64,000 nucleotides of DNA. Source: Macrostomum hystrix (Eukaryota > Animalia > Platyhelminthes). A program made the translations under genes and the position numbers. The notes under the pieces were generated by a model, which made no database searches, had not been told where the DNA came from, and worked only from the letters and a program-made list of their open reading frames with translations. Numbering within the stretch: the first letter of the stretch is position 1; each line of letters begins with the position of its first letter. The stretch covers positions 4,340,001 to 4,404,000 of the forward strand of contig CATNEN010000034.1 in the NCBI GenBank assembly GCA_950097015.1. Reading direction: 5' to 3'. Below are positions 1 through 11,215 of this stretch, piece after piece.

Positions 1-214
1 AATGTCCCCAGATACATCAGAATGTCCCCAGCTACATCAGAATGTCCCCAGTTACATCAGAATGTCCCCAGCTACATCAGAATGTCCCCAGTTACATCAG
101 AATGTCCCCAGCTACATCAGAATGTCCCCAGCTACATCAGAATGTCCCCAGTTACATCAGAATGTCCCCAGCTACATCAGAATGTCCCCAGCTACATCAG
201 AACATCCCCAGTTA
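1..214. repeat. 20-bp minisatellite AATGTCCCCAGCTACATCAG (truncated by window)
   Basis: About 10 tandem copies are visible. Confidence 0.95.
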
Positions 215-218
215 CGAA

Positions 219-356
219 GCAGCAGCCAAACTAGAAGGCCTGCCTGTACTGCAGCAGCAAACTAGAAGACCTGCCTGTACTGCAGCAGCAAACTAGAAGG
301 CCTGCCTGTACTGCAGCAGCAAACTAGAAGACCTGCCTGTACTGCAGCAGCAAACT
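219..356. repeat. 31-bp minisatellite GCAGCAGCAAACTAGAAGGCCTGCCTGTACT
   Basis: About 4.5 copies, directly after the cNMP gene stop. Confidence 0.9.
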
Positions 357-359
357 GTC

Positions 360-3300
360 TCAAGCTTCCTGTTCGTCGCTGAGGCGAGTATTCTCGGCTT
401 CCCGCAGCAGTTCGGCTTCTACCCGCAGATGCCGTCCGCGTCGGGGCCGACCGCCGGTGTCGGCAGCTGGCATCGCCGTCAGCAGCTGCTGCAGTTGCTG
501 TAGGTCAACGCCCGACCTCCAGCCGTCGCGGGGCAGCGGATGGCCCAGTTGGAAAATTCCTCGGAACAGGCCGAGCACCGCTTCCCCGTCACGAGCCAGC
601 AGCTCCTCGACTGAGGCACCGGTGGCGGCTTCCAGTTTTTCAACTGGCACAATGATCAGCTCGGTGTCGGAGGCGGCGTAGGCGGAGGTCGACCGGAAGC
701 CGTGACGGAGCAGCGACTCTGTGCCAAACAGCTCGCCTGCCTCGAGCGTCTCCAACAGCTGACTGGGTCTGTTGGGACCCGGCGTAACCGTGATGGAGAC
801 CCTGCCAGAGTACACTATGAACAGACAGCTCATCTGGTCTGTGCCCTGGTTGCCGGGGAGGATGGAGAAGCTTAGTTAGCACTCCTCGATACACATTATT
901 AGATTATATTGAATTTTTTCCTGCTTGTTGTTACCCCAGAAGGGATTATGTCAGGGCTACCGGGAGTGGAACTAATAGTTTATAGAGGAGATAAACATTT
1001 GAACAAATATTGCACATCATTTGGTGACCATAGACCCGTAGAAGGCGATTCTGCCCATTTCGCTGACTCCTGAGCACACACGAACACAGATTCCGCACAC
1101 AGGTGTGTACATCTGCCCTGACTTTTTCATCGTCAGGCAGTGTACACTCTCACTTGCCTTGGAGGTTGGTGTTCAAGGGTGTAACCTCAAAATAAATGTG
1201 GCCTCGCCGCGGAATCGAATTCAGGGACCCTGGTGCAAGAGGCAAACGCGTTAGACCGCTAACACTCACCTCCTTATTGAGGGGATAGTTTAATGAGTTT
1301 AAAATAAACTTATTGATGAGATTATTATCATAATGAGGGCAATATTAGCCTTATGTGAGGATAATTATCTAAATGAGGAGATTTATTAGATCCGGGATTT
1401 CTGCTTGTTCTCCCTAGAACTGCTTGTCGAATCCAAATCGGCTGCCAACCTCCAGGAAGATGCTCTGGTTCGGTGTCTTTTTATCGACGAAAGCCATCAC
1501 GCTGGCCTGATTGGCCTTCAGCCGTTGCAGCTCGCGTTCGGTGAAGAGGCGGCCGACCTGCGGGTGGCAAATCAGCGCCTCCAGCCCGAAGGCGTAGACT
1601 CGACATGCTGCGGCCGGCGTGGCTTCAGTGGTCGCTGGCGCGATGAGCAGTTGCAGCTCTGTCTCAGTGGCTGCGGGATACCTGCTCGCGATTATAAAAG
1701 ATACAGTCTCAATATATCAACAATTCAGAAAATTTTCAAGAAACCAAAAGTTTTGGGAAACCAAAGTTTCGGGAAATCAAAGTTTCGGGAAATCAAAGTT
1801 TCGGGAAACCAAAGTTTCTGGAAACCAAAGTTTCGGGAAACCAAAGTTTCGGGTAACCAAAGTTTCGGGAAACCCAAAAAGCATGGTCACCTGGTGGCTA
1901 GAAAGTTTTTGAATGCTTCCGGCCTTCTCAGAAAAATATCGCGGAATTCACAACCGATGGCGGTCTCAAGGACGTGTTGGTTCACCAGCTGCAGCTCGGT
2001 ATCATCTTGCAGGGCCCGGGCCTCGTAGCAGCAGACACTGGGTAAGTAGAGCTGCTCGGGGCAGAGCAGGCTGCCCGCAGGCCGGATTTCAGTCCGCTCC
2101 TGTCAATAAAAAAGTTTGTCAGTATTAACAGTGAAAAGATCACGCTATTTTCCCCTGGGGAAAGACCACGGCGCTGCCTACTTCACGACAGCTCCCAAAC
2201 CGAATGACCGATTGATGACCGATGACCGACATGATTACATGATGAAATTTTGTAAGCACGCAAAGTAAGCCTATACTAGGGATTTTTCTGCCAGACACCC
2301 CTACGAGAATTGTTGAATATCTCGATGATTGAGCGGAAAATTTTAGCCCGTTTTCTGGATTTTCATGTCGGTTGGTTTAATATTTAGAGAGATACAGAAA
2401 TGGAGTATTTGAAGTGAAAAAAAAAGAAAAAATCGCCGAGCTCTCGGCCCTACCTGGCAGATGCTGTCGCTGCCAGCTCCGCAACGGGCAGTATGTGACA
2501 CCTCTGCCTCGCCGCTTTGCAAGAAATAAATTATCCTCCGCTTAGACGCTTCCTCAGTGACCATGGTTTCGCCGACGGCAAAGCGCTCTAGACCGCGGCC
2601 ACCCAGGATCACGGCCCGGTGACAGAATCTCAGCGAGCGAAGCTCAGTGGGGGTGAGGATATCATTGCCTAGCGGCATCAGCAGCTGCTGGATCTGGGCT
2701 GTCACCAGCCGGATGACGGCCAGCCCTTTGAATGTCAGCTCGTCGCGTCCGGCCGGCTGACCAGAGCCGCTTACGTGGCCTCCAGTGAGGAGGTCCTCGC
2801 GAGACGGCGGGAACACCTCGTCGCGGAAGGCGCGATCATCGTCGGCGGCGTTCAGCAGGGTGGCGCCGACAAACTGGCGGAAAGTCTCCGAGCGTCGCTT
2901 CATGACAGAGATGAAGCTGCGACAGAGGGCCTCCTCCATGGAGTCAACGTCCAGTGCGACAACAGTGCAGGACTTGTTGGCGTAGGCGGAGCGAGAGCAG
3001 AGGCAGGCGCTCTGCAGCAGAAGCGACTCGAGGCACGCGCAGCCGCCTCGGCTGACAATGCCCAACAGGATGTGAGATCCGTCCGGCCCAACAGGGGCAG
3101 TCTCGCGAAGTTCGCCTTCGAGCAAGACGTACACCTTCTTAGCGTAGTCGGTGCCTTCAGCATACAGGCAGTCGTGCTTCTGCAGCGTTAGAATCTGCGT
3201 CACCATCTGGACTTTGTCGCCGAACAGGCTGTCCAGCTCGGTGGGTCTCAGGAGGCCGCTGAGCTGCGGAGTTCGGCACAAACGAAGCACCGAGCGCCGA

Positions 3301-5065
3301 TGAAGGGCGGGGAAGCTGAGCCTCTGGCGGTCCTGCACAGCGTCAGCGACTGTCGCAGGCTCAGCAGCAGGTTCAGCATCGGCTGCGGTGGCAGCAGCCA
3401 ACACTTCCTCTTCTTGGTTATGTACCAGCTCCGATTGAAGCTCTTCGGTGACTCGGGCCAGAGCTTCGGCATCGTCTGCAAGCTGCGCGTAGATGTGCTG
3501 AGGACACAGGTCGACCTGCAGGCTGATGAGGGTGGACAGCTCCGTCACGGTGGCCGTGTATGGTGAGGCTAGCCGCAGCAGGGCTTGGCAGCAGAGGTTC
3601 TCGCCGGCTCCCCGCCTAGTCGATGCGCCGCGCGAGTCGGACAAGTTCACGCTGCCCTGCAGAATACAGTAAAGCCTGTCTGGCACGGAGCCTTCGTTTA
3701 GCAACACGTAGCCCGCCTCGTAGTCGTACGTCTGCGGGAATGTTTTCAAGGGTTACGGCTGCTTAGCTGCTTAGCATAGGGTCAGGGCCAGAGCGATCTA
3801 ACGTGTTTGCCTCTCGCGCCAAGGTCCCTGAGTTCGATTCCGCGGCGAGGCCACATTCATTTGGGGCGCAGCCGAGGAGAGAAGGCTTGGGGGCTTTTCG
3901 TGAAATTTACGACCTTGATGGCCAACGTCCAAGGCACATTGAGATTGTATACTGCCTGACGATGATAAAGTCAAGGCAGATGTACACACCTGTGTGAGTG
4001 TGAGTGTGTGCCTGCGTACAGTATCTGTGTGCGTGTGTGCTCAGGAGTCAGCGAAATGGGCAGAATCGCCTCATCGCCAAATAATGTGCCTTGCCGACAG
4101 TCCCTCTGCAACGATAGTTTTAAGATAATGGCTGCCTAGCAACAAAATTGGTGCTGGGTTGCAAAGCAACGCTGGGTTCTTTGATCTCACAGAGTGTAGC
4201 TCCTGATTGGTTCACGGACTCGGGGTGGTGGCAAGTGACGGATCGTGTGTACGTGCTCAGGGATCGACTGTAGCCAAATGATACCCCGGTAGCAAAGCCT
4301 CTGCAAATTTTAATTCGACTCTTTGAAAACCTTCAGCGGCTCGTCCCAGCTTTCAGCCAGCGCGTGCATGTCCTTGACTGGCAGGGGCCGGAGGTACTTG
4401 ATGCCGCGCAGGCATTCCAGAAAGGCACCTCGCTGAATCTCGTTGGCAGCAGCTCTCAGGCTGACGAGATCCTTCAGGCCCAGCGAGAATAGCAGAGTGT
4501 CCTCCACTGCCTCCAGAGTGAACTGGCAGGGCTTGCCAATGCAGAGCGAGTCGAAGAACAGTTCAGCGCCGCTCTCCAGCAGCCTGAGCTGGTACTGCTG
4601 AAGGCAGGGCGATGGATGACCGCGCAGCTCGCGCAGCTGGCCCTTGTACACCAGGTGGCACTGTTTGATGACGTCACGCTCCCTGATAAGTTTCATGCCG
4701 GCCGCCAATCTGATTGGCGCAAAGGCATCGATGAAGGCGTGAATGAGCTCGTCCGTGTAGTACAGAGCCGGTCGACGCGACCAGGCGTCCAATAAGAACA
4801 GGCGCTCTTCGCAAGTCTTGTGATGCTTAGGCAGCTGGGCCAGGACATGATTAGGGTCTTGCACAACCTCGTGCGACAGGCTAACGCTGGCTACAACACT
4901 TTCAATGTCAGATATGTGAGACTTGTAGCCTGGGCAGCCGCATTCCTGCCTTTGATTGTACTGTTTATCTTGGGATTCATTGCTGGCGTTCGAGTTGACA
5001 TCCGGTTCTGCGGCCCGCGGACTCAGCAGTACAAAGACACCGTCAGAATCGTTGGACAAGCTCAT
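360..5065 (-). CDS. Protein with five tandem cyclic-nucleotide-binding-like (CAP_ED/cNMP) domains, about 979 aa, 5 exons
   Basis: Exons 5065-4331, 3731-2454, 2099-1891, 1681-1450, 845-360 join in frame at GT-AG sites (e.g. EPLK|TYDYEAG, SIFLE|GTDQMSC). The cNMP beta-roll pattern recurs five times; the best copy is IFLEGTDQMSCLFIVYSGRV...GELFGTESLLRHGFRSTSAYA. The first donor (GTTTTC) is weak and the 3' end is less certain. Confidence 0.8.
1030..1270 (-). mobile_element. tRNA-derived SINE family A copy (intron of cNMP gene)
   Basis: The reverse complement reads TTAGCGGTCTAACGCG...TTCGATTCCGCGGCGAGGCCACA, then the shared body (CTGCCTGACGATG..GTCAGGGCAGATGTACAC, GGAGTCAGCGAAATGGGCAG). It aligns with the copies at 3783, 44780 and 60590. 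Confidence 0.75.
1740..1878. repeat. 16-bp intronic minisatellite GGGAAACCAAAGTTTC
   Basis: About 8 copies. Confidence 0.9.
3783..4085 (+). mobile_element. tRNA-derived SINE family A, most complete copy
   Basis: A-box-like GCCAGAGCGATCTAA and B box GTTCGATTC, followed by a body shared with five other loci in the window. Confidence 0.8.
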
Positions 5066-5276
5066 TGGCGGAGCTGCAGTTGCTTGCGATTTTCAAAACT
5101 TTGGCTAGAGAATTTGGCGAAAATGATAAATAAATAACATTTATATGCCCAGCAAAGCAGCTAGATTAGAAATTGTCTATGGCCTTTACTGCTAAGAAAT
5201 ATGTCTCGCTTCGAGCTGGTTTCAATTAGAAGAAAAGGAAAGTTGACACTTACGACACTTTACTGACGACTATGAG

Positions 5277-5578
5277 TTCAGCCAGCCAGTCAGTCAGTCA
5301 GTCAGTCAGTCAGTCAGTCAGTCAGTCAGTCAGTCAGTCAGCCAGTCAGTCAGTCAGTCAGTCAGTCAGTCAGTCAGTCAGTCAGTCAGTCAGTCAGTCA
5401 GTCAGTCAGTCAGTCAGTCAGTCAGTCAGTCAGTCAGTCAGTCAGTCAGTCAGTCAGTCAGTCAGTCAGTCAGTCAGTCAGTCAGTCAGTCAGTCAGTCA
5501 GTCAGTCAGTCAGTCAGTCAGTCAGTCAGTCAGTCAGTCAGTCAGTCAGTCAGTCAGTCAGTCAGTCAGTCAGTCAGA
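5277..5578. repeat. (CAGT)n microsatellite
   Basis: About 75 near-perfect copies. Confidence 0.98.
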
Positions 5579-6243
5579 CAGCTGATCGTAGCTTTGTCCC
5601 GTAGAGCTGAAACAGCTGGTAAAGCTGAAGCAGCAGCAGCAACGGCCGGTGTAAACTTAGATTTTGACTGACAGCTAGTCAGGCCCAGACAACAAGGGCT
5701 TCCCGATCCGTACTGTGCAGCTGCAAGTTATGGAAATGCACGCAATGTCAAGAACACGGCTAAGATTTCTCTGTTCCTCCAGTAACTTGCTGTCAATGCC
5801 AATTAAGGGCTAAAATTGGACTAAAGCTTTTAAACTGCGTCATTAAACCCGTTGTAAGAATGTAAGCTTGTAAGAATGACATATAAAAAGTTTTGTCTAC
5901 TTGAAGTAGCATGCGGGCGAATAGCAGTTTCTTAATTTGACAATTTAGTTTTCGGTAATCATGCAGTAAGTTTGCGATTGTGGCTTTCATTCAGCATTAC
6001 AACTGTATTAGCAAATACTCAAAATAATTTTTTCTTACCTGTCAGCCTGTCAGTCTGAGCTCAGTTTGTGTGTACTCAATCAAAATCTTGTGTCATACAG
6101 TTTAAGGGTTGCCGAATGCATTATGCAATAGCTGGCTTGGCATATTGTGAGTGTTCTGACAAAACAAACTATTATGCGACCAATGCTGCTCTAGAAGACA
6201 AATCTTCATTGTGCATGAAGCCTGCAGGGTCAGTCCTCATCCA

Positions 6244-6278
<35 letters not shown>

Positions 6279-7503
6279 CCTATCCAACCCAAACAAATTC
6301 GAGTTTACTTTGGATTGACAGGTGCCAATCAAATGCCTGTCAAAGCCCGCAGCTAAATGCGGGCAGCCCTACCACCCACCCCCATTATTTTCTATTTAGT
6401 CCGACCAGCCCAGAGTAAGTGTTCGAGGATTGTGCACACAGTAAAGTGGTAGCGAGGTCGGAATGTTGACTTTGTGGCTCTCGCACACACACACATGCAT
6501 ACACACTCTGTCTGGCATATATATACACACACAATCTAAGGCTTTGCCTTTGGGAAATCTTCATATCTTTCGGTTTCTTAAGCTACTGTTCGCCAGTTAA
6601 GAAGGAGTTGGTTGAAACAACACTAAGCAAAGTGGTGCATAGTCGACTGGTTTCTCTTGTCTAATAATTTACTGACAGCGGAAATCTGCTTTTTCATTTC
6701 GAGCACAGTGGAGATTATCTAAGCGGTCTGTTAGACTGTTTTAGACAAAATATCTATAGGGATAAAGTTGTCTGCTCTGGTTCCCATGAAATCCTCACCC
6801 AGGCCATTAAGGATAATCCAGGAGAGAGTTGATGAGCAACTCGACCATTAGAACTAATCCAGCTGTAAATAACCGCCATTTTTAGCCTTTTAAGTTATGC
6901 TGAAAAAAACATTGTCAGATAATAACAAAAATCAATCGGATTAACTGAAAATCACCAATCGTCAAAGATCGACAGGAGGCAAAAAGCGGAACCAAACTTG
7001 GCCCCCTGCTAAGCGTTCCCCGCCAAGGGCCAGATCCATTCAGCTGTATTATTAATCGATTATAGAAAACTAATAAAAGCAAAGTTGATTTGATCAATAG
7101 TTTATTAGCGTCAAAGTTGACTGAGGATCAGAGGAGACTGAATGAGGATTTAGAAGAGCTGCGCGTTGAACAGGGGGTACAGTGCGTCGACTAAACAAAC
7201 TGGTACAGTGTCAGTGCAGCTAGGTAGGGTGCACATTTATATATAAATAAACATTTTTATCTTCGGAAAAAGCTGTCTGTTAAATTCCTGTATTTACAGC
7301 ATTCTACAGGCAAACCTGCATAGTGACGAGGTAGACAAACAATTAGAGGGAGAAAATGAGCCATTCATGATTTCCTTGTTGAGGTATTTCGAACGATGAG
7401 AAGCGAAAGCAACTGTTGCCATGCCGTTGCTATGCCACCCGAAATGACTAGCCACCCGAATTTGAGAGGCAGGCAGGGATTAAAGAGCCCTCCCAGTCAG
7501 TAT

Positions 7504-9766
7504 TCAGGTAAAGATTCGGCGTATTCGACACCTGTGCAATTCGATTTGCTGTTCACAGCGCTGGCAAACCACCTTGATGGGATTGTAGCGCATCGCACAA
7601 TTGCACCAATCGGTCTTGTACTGATACTCGACCTGGTGATTCCGATTGCCGCAGCACAGGTGCGCGCATGACCTGTGATCCGTGCTAGCAACGCTGACAT
7701 TGCACTGACGCTCGTCCACGCCGAAATAGCCGGCCACCTCGTTGCGCTGACAGAAGTCCGGCGGTCGGTTGGTGTAAACCAGCAGCTTCTTGCGCACCCG
7801 CTTCGCCCGTCGCTGCCGATCGTCGTGGTAAAACAGTTGCGAAGCCTGACCGTCCGGCGACGAAGATGCCAAAGTGGAAGAAGAAGACGGCGCGAGTTGC
7901 TCAAGGCTAGCCGGCGGGAGGACGTGCTTTGACCTGACAAAGAGTTTCTGTAGATTGCTTTCAATGCGGCGAGAATGGCGGCGGAGGCCTTTGATACAGA
8001 TGCGCTTTGAGCAGGAGCCGGAGATGCCCAGACAGTTGCAGATGTTGATTCTGCTGCGCTTCACCACCTGTGTCATCCGGGGGTGGATGCCATCTTGTCA
8101 AGATTTATGATCACATTTTTGCAGTCATATCGAGCCCCACCCAGCGCCACTCACAATATGACCGGCCCGCCTATTGTGAAAGTTGACCATCTCGATGAAG
8201 TCCATGTCCGGTGCGAAGCCGCGGGAGTCGCGAAAGAACTGCCGGACTCGCTGACTGGCCAGGGCGATATTATCGTCGCAGGTTGGGACATTCAGGTGGC
8301 CGTATTTCTCGCTGATCTTCTCCGGGTTCAGCATCTTCAGCTGCTCTTTGCCCAGGGCGATGCTGCGGCGTGGGCGGGTCCGCTCCTCGCGACGATTCTG
8401 CTTCCGACGCTGTTGCTTACGACGCTGCTGCTGCCGACGCTGTTGCTGATCCAGTCGACTTCCGCGCTGCCTTGGTGTCTGATGACACGGACAGTCGAGA
8501 CCGGAGACGCCGCGACGGCAAGCCATCACCAGCTCCTCGATGGCCTTGCTGACCGATATTGCCCAGACAAATGCGGCCTGCGGATAGCCTGGGATTACAA
8601 CAGGTGGGCAGAATTTATTCAGTCTTTCTGAGCAGAAGTTTGAGTCGATTTTGAGTTAATGCTCACCCGAGTTGAGAAACGGTGCAGCGAATGTGCAATT
8701 CCAGCGCTCATTTCGAAACATTGACTGACAGATCTTGTAGCCGTTTACCAGGCCGATGTGCACGAACTTGTCAGCCAAGCTGGCCTCCCGGCAGTAGGTC
8801 GACTGCGGACTGCCCGGCAGCGCCAGATGCGCGCCGCCTGCGCACATCGCCTCCCGGCTGGTGGTGAGAAAGTGCAGAAATGTCTGCGCGTCCATTCGGT
8901 AATTGTCGCCAACCGCCTGGTCCCGTCTGCCCGAGCCTTTGTAGCCGAAGACGCTGCTGTAAGCGATTGGTGTTGAAGCTGTCCGCTTCTAGACATTCAC
9001 TCAACATCCGCCTTGGATTCGCCCTAGTCTTTGCTAACCAAAGTTTCACTCTGCTCTCGCCCTGCTCTCACCCTGCTCTCACCCTGCTCTCACCCTGCTC
9101 CCACCCTGCTCCCACCCTGCTCCCACCCTGCTCCCACCCTGCTGTCGCCCTGCTGTCGCCCTGCTGTCGCCCTGCTGTCGTCCTGCTGTCGCCCTGCTGT
9201 CGCCCTGCTGTCGCCCTGCTGTCGCCCTGCTGTCGCCCTGCTGTCGCCCTGCTGTCGCCCTGCTGTCGCCCTGCTGTCGCCCTGCTGTCGCCCTGCTGTC
9301 GCCCTGCTGTCGCCCTGCTGTCGCCCTGCTGTCGCCCTGCTGTCGCCCTGCTTTCGCCCTGCTCTCGCCCTGCTGTCGCCCTGCTGTCGCCCTGCTGTCG
9401 CCCTGCTGTCGCCCAGCTGTCGCCCTGCTTTCGCCCTGCTGTCGCCCTGCTGTCGCCCTGCTGTCGCCCTGCTGTCGCCCTGCTCTCACCCTGCTCTCGC
9501 CCTGCTTTCGCCCTGCTGTCGCCCTGCTCTCGACCTGCTCTCGCCATACATTTATGCCTGAGAGTCTAGCCATTCAATCAAGCTTACCCGTCAACATGAG
9601 GGCAGGCCGCCATGAAGGAGCATAGTGCAGCCAGAGCTACCACGAAGGCGCAGTTCACCCGGCGGAGGTGCCAGAAATTCGCGCCAGGCGTCGCCGACAC
9701 TGCTGCGGCAGCAGCCGCCGCCTCCGCCGCGTCTGCATCAGCCGCGTCGGCTTCTTGTGACTTCAT
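7504..9766 (-). CDS. Wnt: Divergent Wnt family ligand, about 488 aa, 4 exons; subfamily not assignable by eye
   Basis: Exons 9766-9588, 8956-8667, 8588-8155, 8067-7504. Wnt motifs: CQSMFRNERWNC, AAFVWAIS, CDDN, HNRRAG, CNCLGISGSC (lipidated Ser kept), PDFC, CAHLCCG. 22 of the 24 canonical Cys are present in register. Exon 1 has a hydrophobic segment. Confidence 0.92.
9045..9545. repeat. 11-bp minisatellite CTGCTGTCGCC in Wnt intron 1
   Basis: About 45 copies with degenerate edges. Confidence 0.95.
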
Positions 9767-10229
9767 CGCAGCGATTTTAACCAGGCTTTGAAAGAACCGA
9801 CGACTCCGGCCTGTGGGATGCCCTGGAATCCGCTGACCCTCCTTCCGACTAAACCCTTGACGCGTAATTTAAGAACCGGCCAAATTGAACAGCGAGCAAT
9901 GCCCGGCGTCTGGAAAGGGAGGGAAGGCCTTGGCCTGGGAACCGACCAATCAGCGCGCGCCTAGACAGCCTAATTGGGCCGTGCTCTGCCAAGTGTGCCT
10001 TCCTTGGCGTGACTGCCATCGCTAATTCAATAATGGATATTTCTATAATTGCCCCTGCCTATGATATCGAACGCATTTTCCTATTCAATATTTCACTCTT
10101 CTACAGTAAAAACCGGAATTATAATTTAGTACCTGAAATGAGACCTGTTGGATTCTAGTGAATTCTTGTCACGCAAATGTCAGATAACTAAAACATCTCT
10201 CATTCGGGATTTCATTCGGGAGATTATGT

Positions 10230-11215
10230 AACTGGGGAGATTATGGAATTAGAAAGATAATGGAATTAGAAAGATAATGGAATTAGAAAGATTATGGAAT
10301 TAGAAAGATTATGGAATTAGAAAGATTATGGAATTGGGAAGATTATGGAATTGGGAAGATTATGGAATTGGGAAGATAATGGAATTAGAAAGATAATGGA
10401 ACTAGAAAGATTATGGAATTGGGGAGATAATGGAATTAGAAAGATAATGGAACTAGAAAGATTATGGAATTAGAAAGATTATGGAATTAGAAAGATTATG
10501 GAATTAGAAAGATAATGGAATTAGAAAGATTATGGAATTAGAAAGATTATGGAATTGGGGAGATAATGGAATTGGAAAGATTATGGAATTGGGGAGATTA
10601 TGGAATTAGAAAGATAATGGAATTAGAAAGATTATGGAATTGGGGAGATAATGGAATTAGAAAGATAATGGAATTAGAAAGATTATGGAATTGGGGAGAT
10701 AATGGAATTAGAAAGATTATGGAATTGGGAAGATTATGGAATTGGGAAGATAATGGAATTAGAAAGATTATGGAATTGGGAAGATTATGGAATTGGGGAG
10801 ATAATGGAATTAGAAAGATAATGGAATTAGAAAGATAATGGAATTAGAAAGATAATGGAATTAGAAAGATAATGGAATTAGAAAGATAATGGAATTAGAA
10901 AGATAATGGAATTAGAAAGATTATGGAATTGGGGAGATTATGGAATTGTGGAGATAATGGAATTAGAAAGATAATGGAACTAGAAAGATTATGGAATTGG
11001 GGAGATAATGGAATTAGAAAGATAATGGAACTAGAAAGATTATGGAATTAGAAAGATAATGGAATTAGAAAGATTATGGAATTAGAAAGATTATGGAATT
11101 GGGAAGATAATGGAATTGGAAAGATTATGGAATTGGGGAGATTATGGAATTAGAAAGATAATGGAATTAGAAAGATTATGGAATTGGGGAGATAATGGAA
11201 TTAGGAATTGGGAAG
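10230..11215. repeat. 17-bp minisatellite ATTATGGAATTAGAAAG
   Basis: About 58 copies; the same family recurs at 22850-23085. Confidence 0.95.

Noticed and set aside
3790-3855. tRNA gene
   Set aside because: It has A and B boxes but no convincing cloverleaf, and it continues into a dispersed SINE body.
6750-6855. Decayed LINE reverse-transcriptase fragment (GIKL..VPMK...RIIQERVDEQL)
   Set aside because: The resemblance is short and needs frameshifts; not supportable without a search.
9786-9792. TCF/LEF site (CTTTGAA) next to the Wnt start, suggesting feedback
   Set aside because: A single 7-mer is expected by chance, and no conservation data are available.
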